Assembly (NCBI GenBank): GCA_040901985.1
Contig: JBBDYC010000006.1
Coordinates: 1-29,561 of the forward strand
Source of the DNA: Gemmatimonadaceae bacterium
Lineage (GTDB): Bacteria > Gemmatimonadota > Gemmatimonadetes > Gemmatimonadales > Gemmatimonadaceae
Direction: 5' to 3'
Length of the DNA stretch: 29,561 nucleotides
The notes under the pieces were generated by a model. The model saw nothing but the letters and a program-made list of their open reading frames with translations, did not search any database and had not been told where the DNA came from. Numbering within the stretch: the stretch's first letter is position 1; each line of letters opens with the position of its first letter. This document shows, piece after piece, positions 29,070 to 29,561 of the stretch. A program made the translations under genes and the position numbers.

Positions 29070-29561
29070 ATGATCTGGTCCCTCCATTGCAGCGCTTGCA
29101 GCTACGTGCAGCCCAACGGCGCGCTATTGGCCTCGCTCTGCCCGGATTGCGGCCAACCGTTGCTCGTCCGGTATCCCAAGCCCGTGCCCCGGAAGTTGAT
29201 CACGGGGGAGGCCAGTCTCTGGCGCTACGGAGCGGCGCTGCCGCTCGCCAAAGGCGAATCGCGCGTGTCGCTCGGCGAGGGCGCCACGCCGATGCTCGAG
29301 CTGCCCCACCTTGCGCGCGCGTTGGGCGTTCGGCGGCTCTGGGTGAAGGACGAGGGGCTGAACCCGACCGCGAGCTTCAAGGCCCGCGGCCTGATGATGG
29401 CGGTCACGCGCGCCAAGGCGCTCCGCCTCCCGGGTGTCTGCGTGCCGACGGCGGGGAATGCGGGGATTGCCCTTGCCGCGTACGCCGCCGCCGCCGCGTT
29501 GCCGTGCCGGATCTTCGCGCCGCAGACCACTCCACCGCCGATCCTCGGGTCCATCCGCGCC
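29070..29561 (+). CDS. thrC: Threonine synthase (PLP fold II) with N-terminal Zn-ribbon; truncated by the window edge and absent from the ORF track
   Basis: Manual translation from ATG 29070: MIWSLHCSAC...LCPDCGQPL...SLWRY...VSLGEGATP...LWVKDEGLNPTASFKARG...PTAGNAG; open to the window end. Confidence 0.88.
   Translation, partial: MIWSLHCSACSYVQPNGALLASLCPDCGQPLLVRYPKPVPRKLITGEASLWRYGAALPLAKGESRVSLGEGATPMLELPHLARALGVRRLWVKDEGLNPTASFKARGLMMAVTRAKALRLPGVCVPTAGNAGIALAAYAAAAALPCRIFAPQTTPPPILGSIRA

Noticed and set aside
29124..29554. Minus-strand ORFs at the right edge
   Set aside because: Antisense to the clear threonine synthase frame starting at 29070.

Overview
High-GC, gene-dense core-genome window from a diderm bacterium. 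The gene order, LpxC-FabZ fusion, bshC and mcsA/mcsB together suggest Gemmatimonadota, but that is an inference. All 26 supported genes lie on the + strand and 15 junctions overlap: era, Trm112/YcaR-like, pseudo-receiver-GGDEF, Zn-ribbon/Pro-Ala-linker/RomX-like protein, prfB (+1 programmed frameshift), lysS, lolC/E-type, lolD, mcsA, mcsB, clpC, bamA, skp, lpxD, lpxC-fabZ, lpxA, GnnA-like Gfo/Idh/MocA oxidoreductase, lpxB, DUF374 (LpxJ-like), lpxK, glutamate dehydrogenase, rlmH, bshC, murJ, uvrC and a partial thrC. I found no mobile element, CRISPR array, tRNA or rRNA. Best novelty candidate: a two-gene unit at 1220-3325 with its own sigma70 promoter, pairing an atypical GGDDF cyclase with a protein whose C-terminal domain resembles RomX, the Myxococcus MglA-GEF subunit. 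Next best: a CtsR-less McsA-McsB-ClpC arginine-phosphorylation module embedded in the outer-membrane biogenesis operon, and signs of a non-enterobacterial lipid A route (GnnA-like, LpxJ-like). Several starts in the ORF track are GC-rich over-extensions and are corrected here. All family assignments come from motif recognition by eye; no searches were run.
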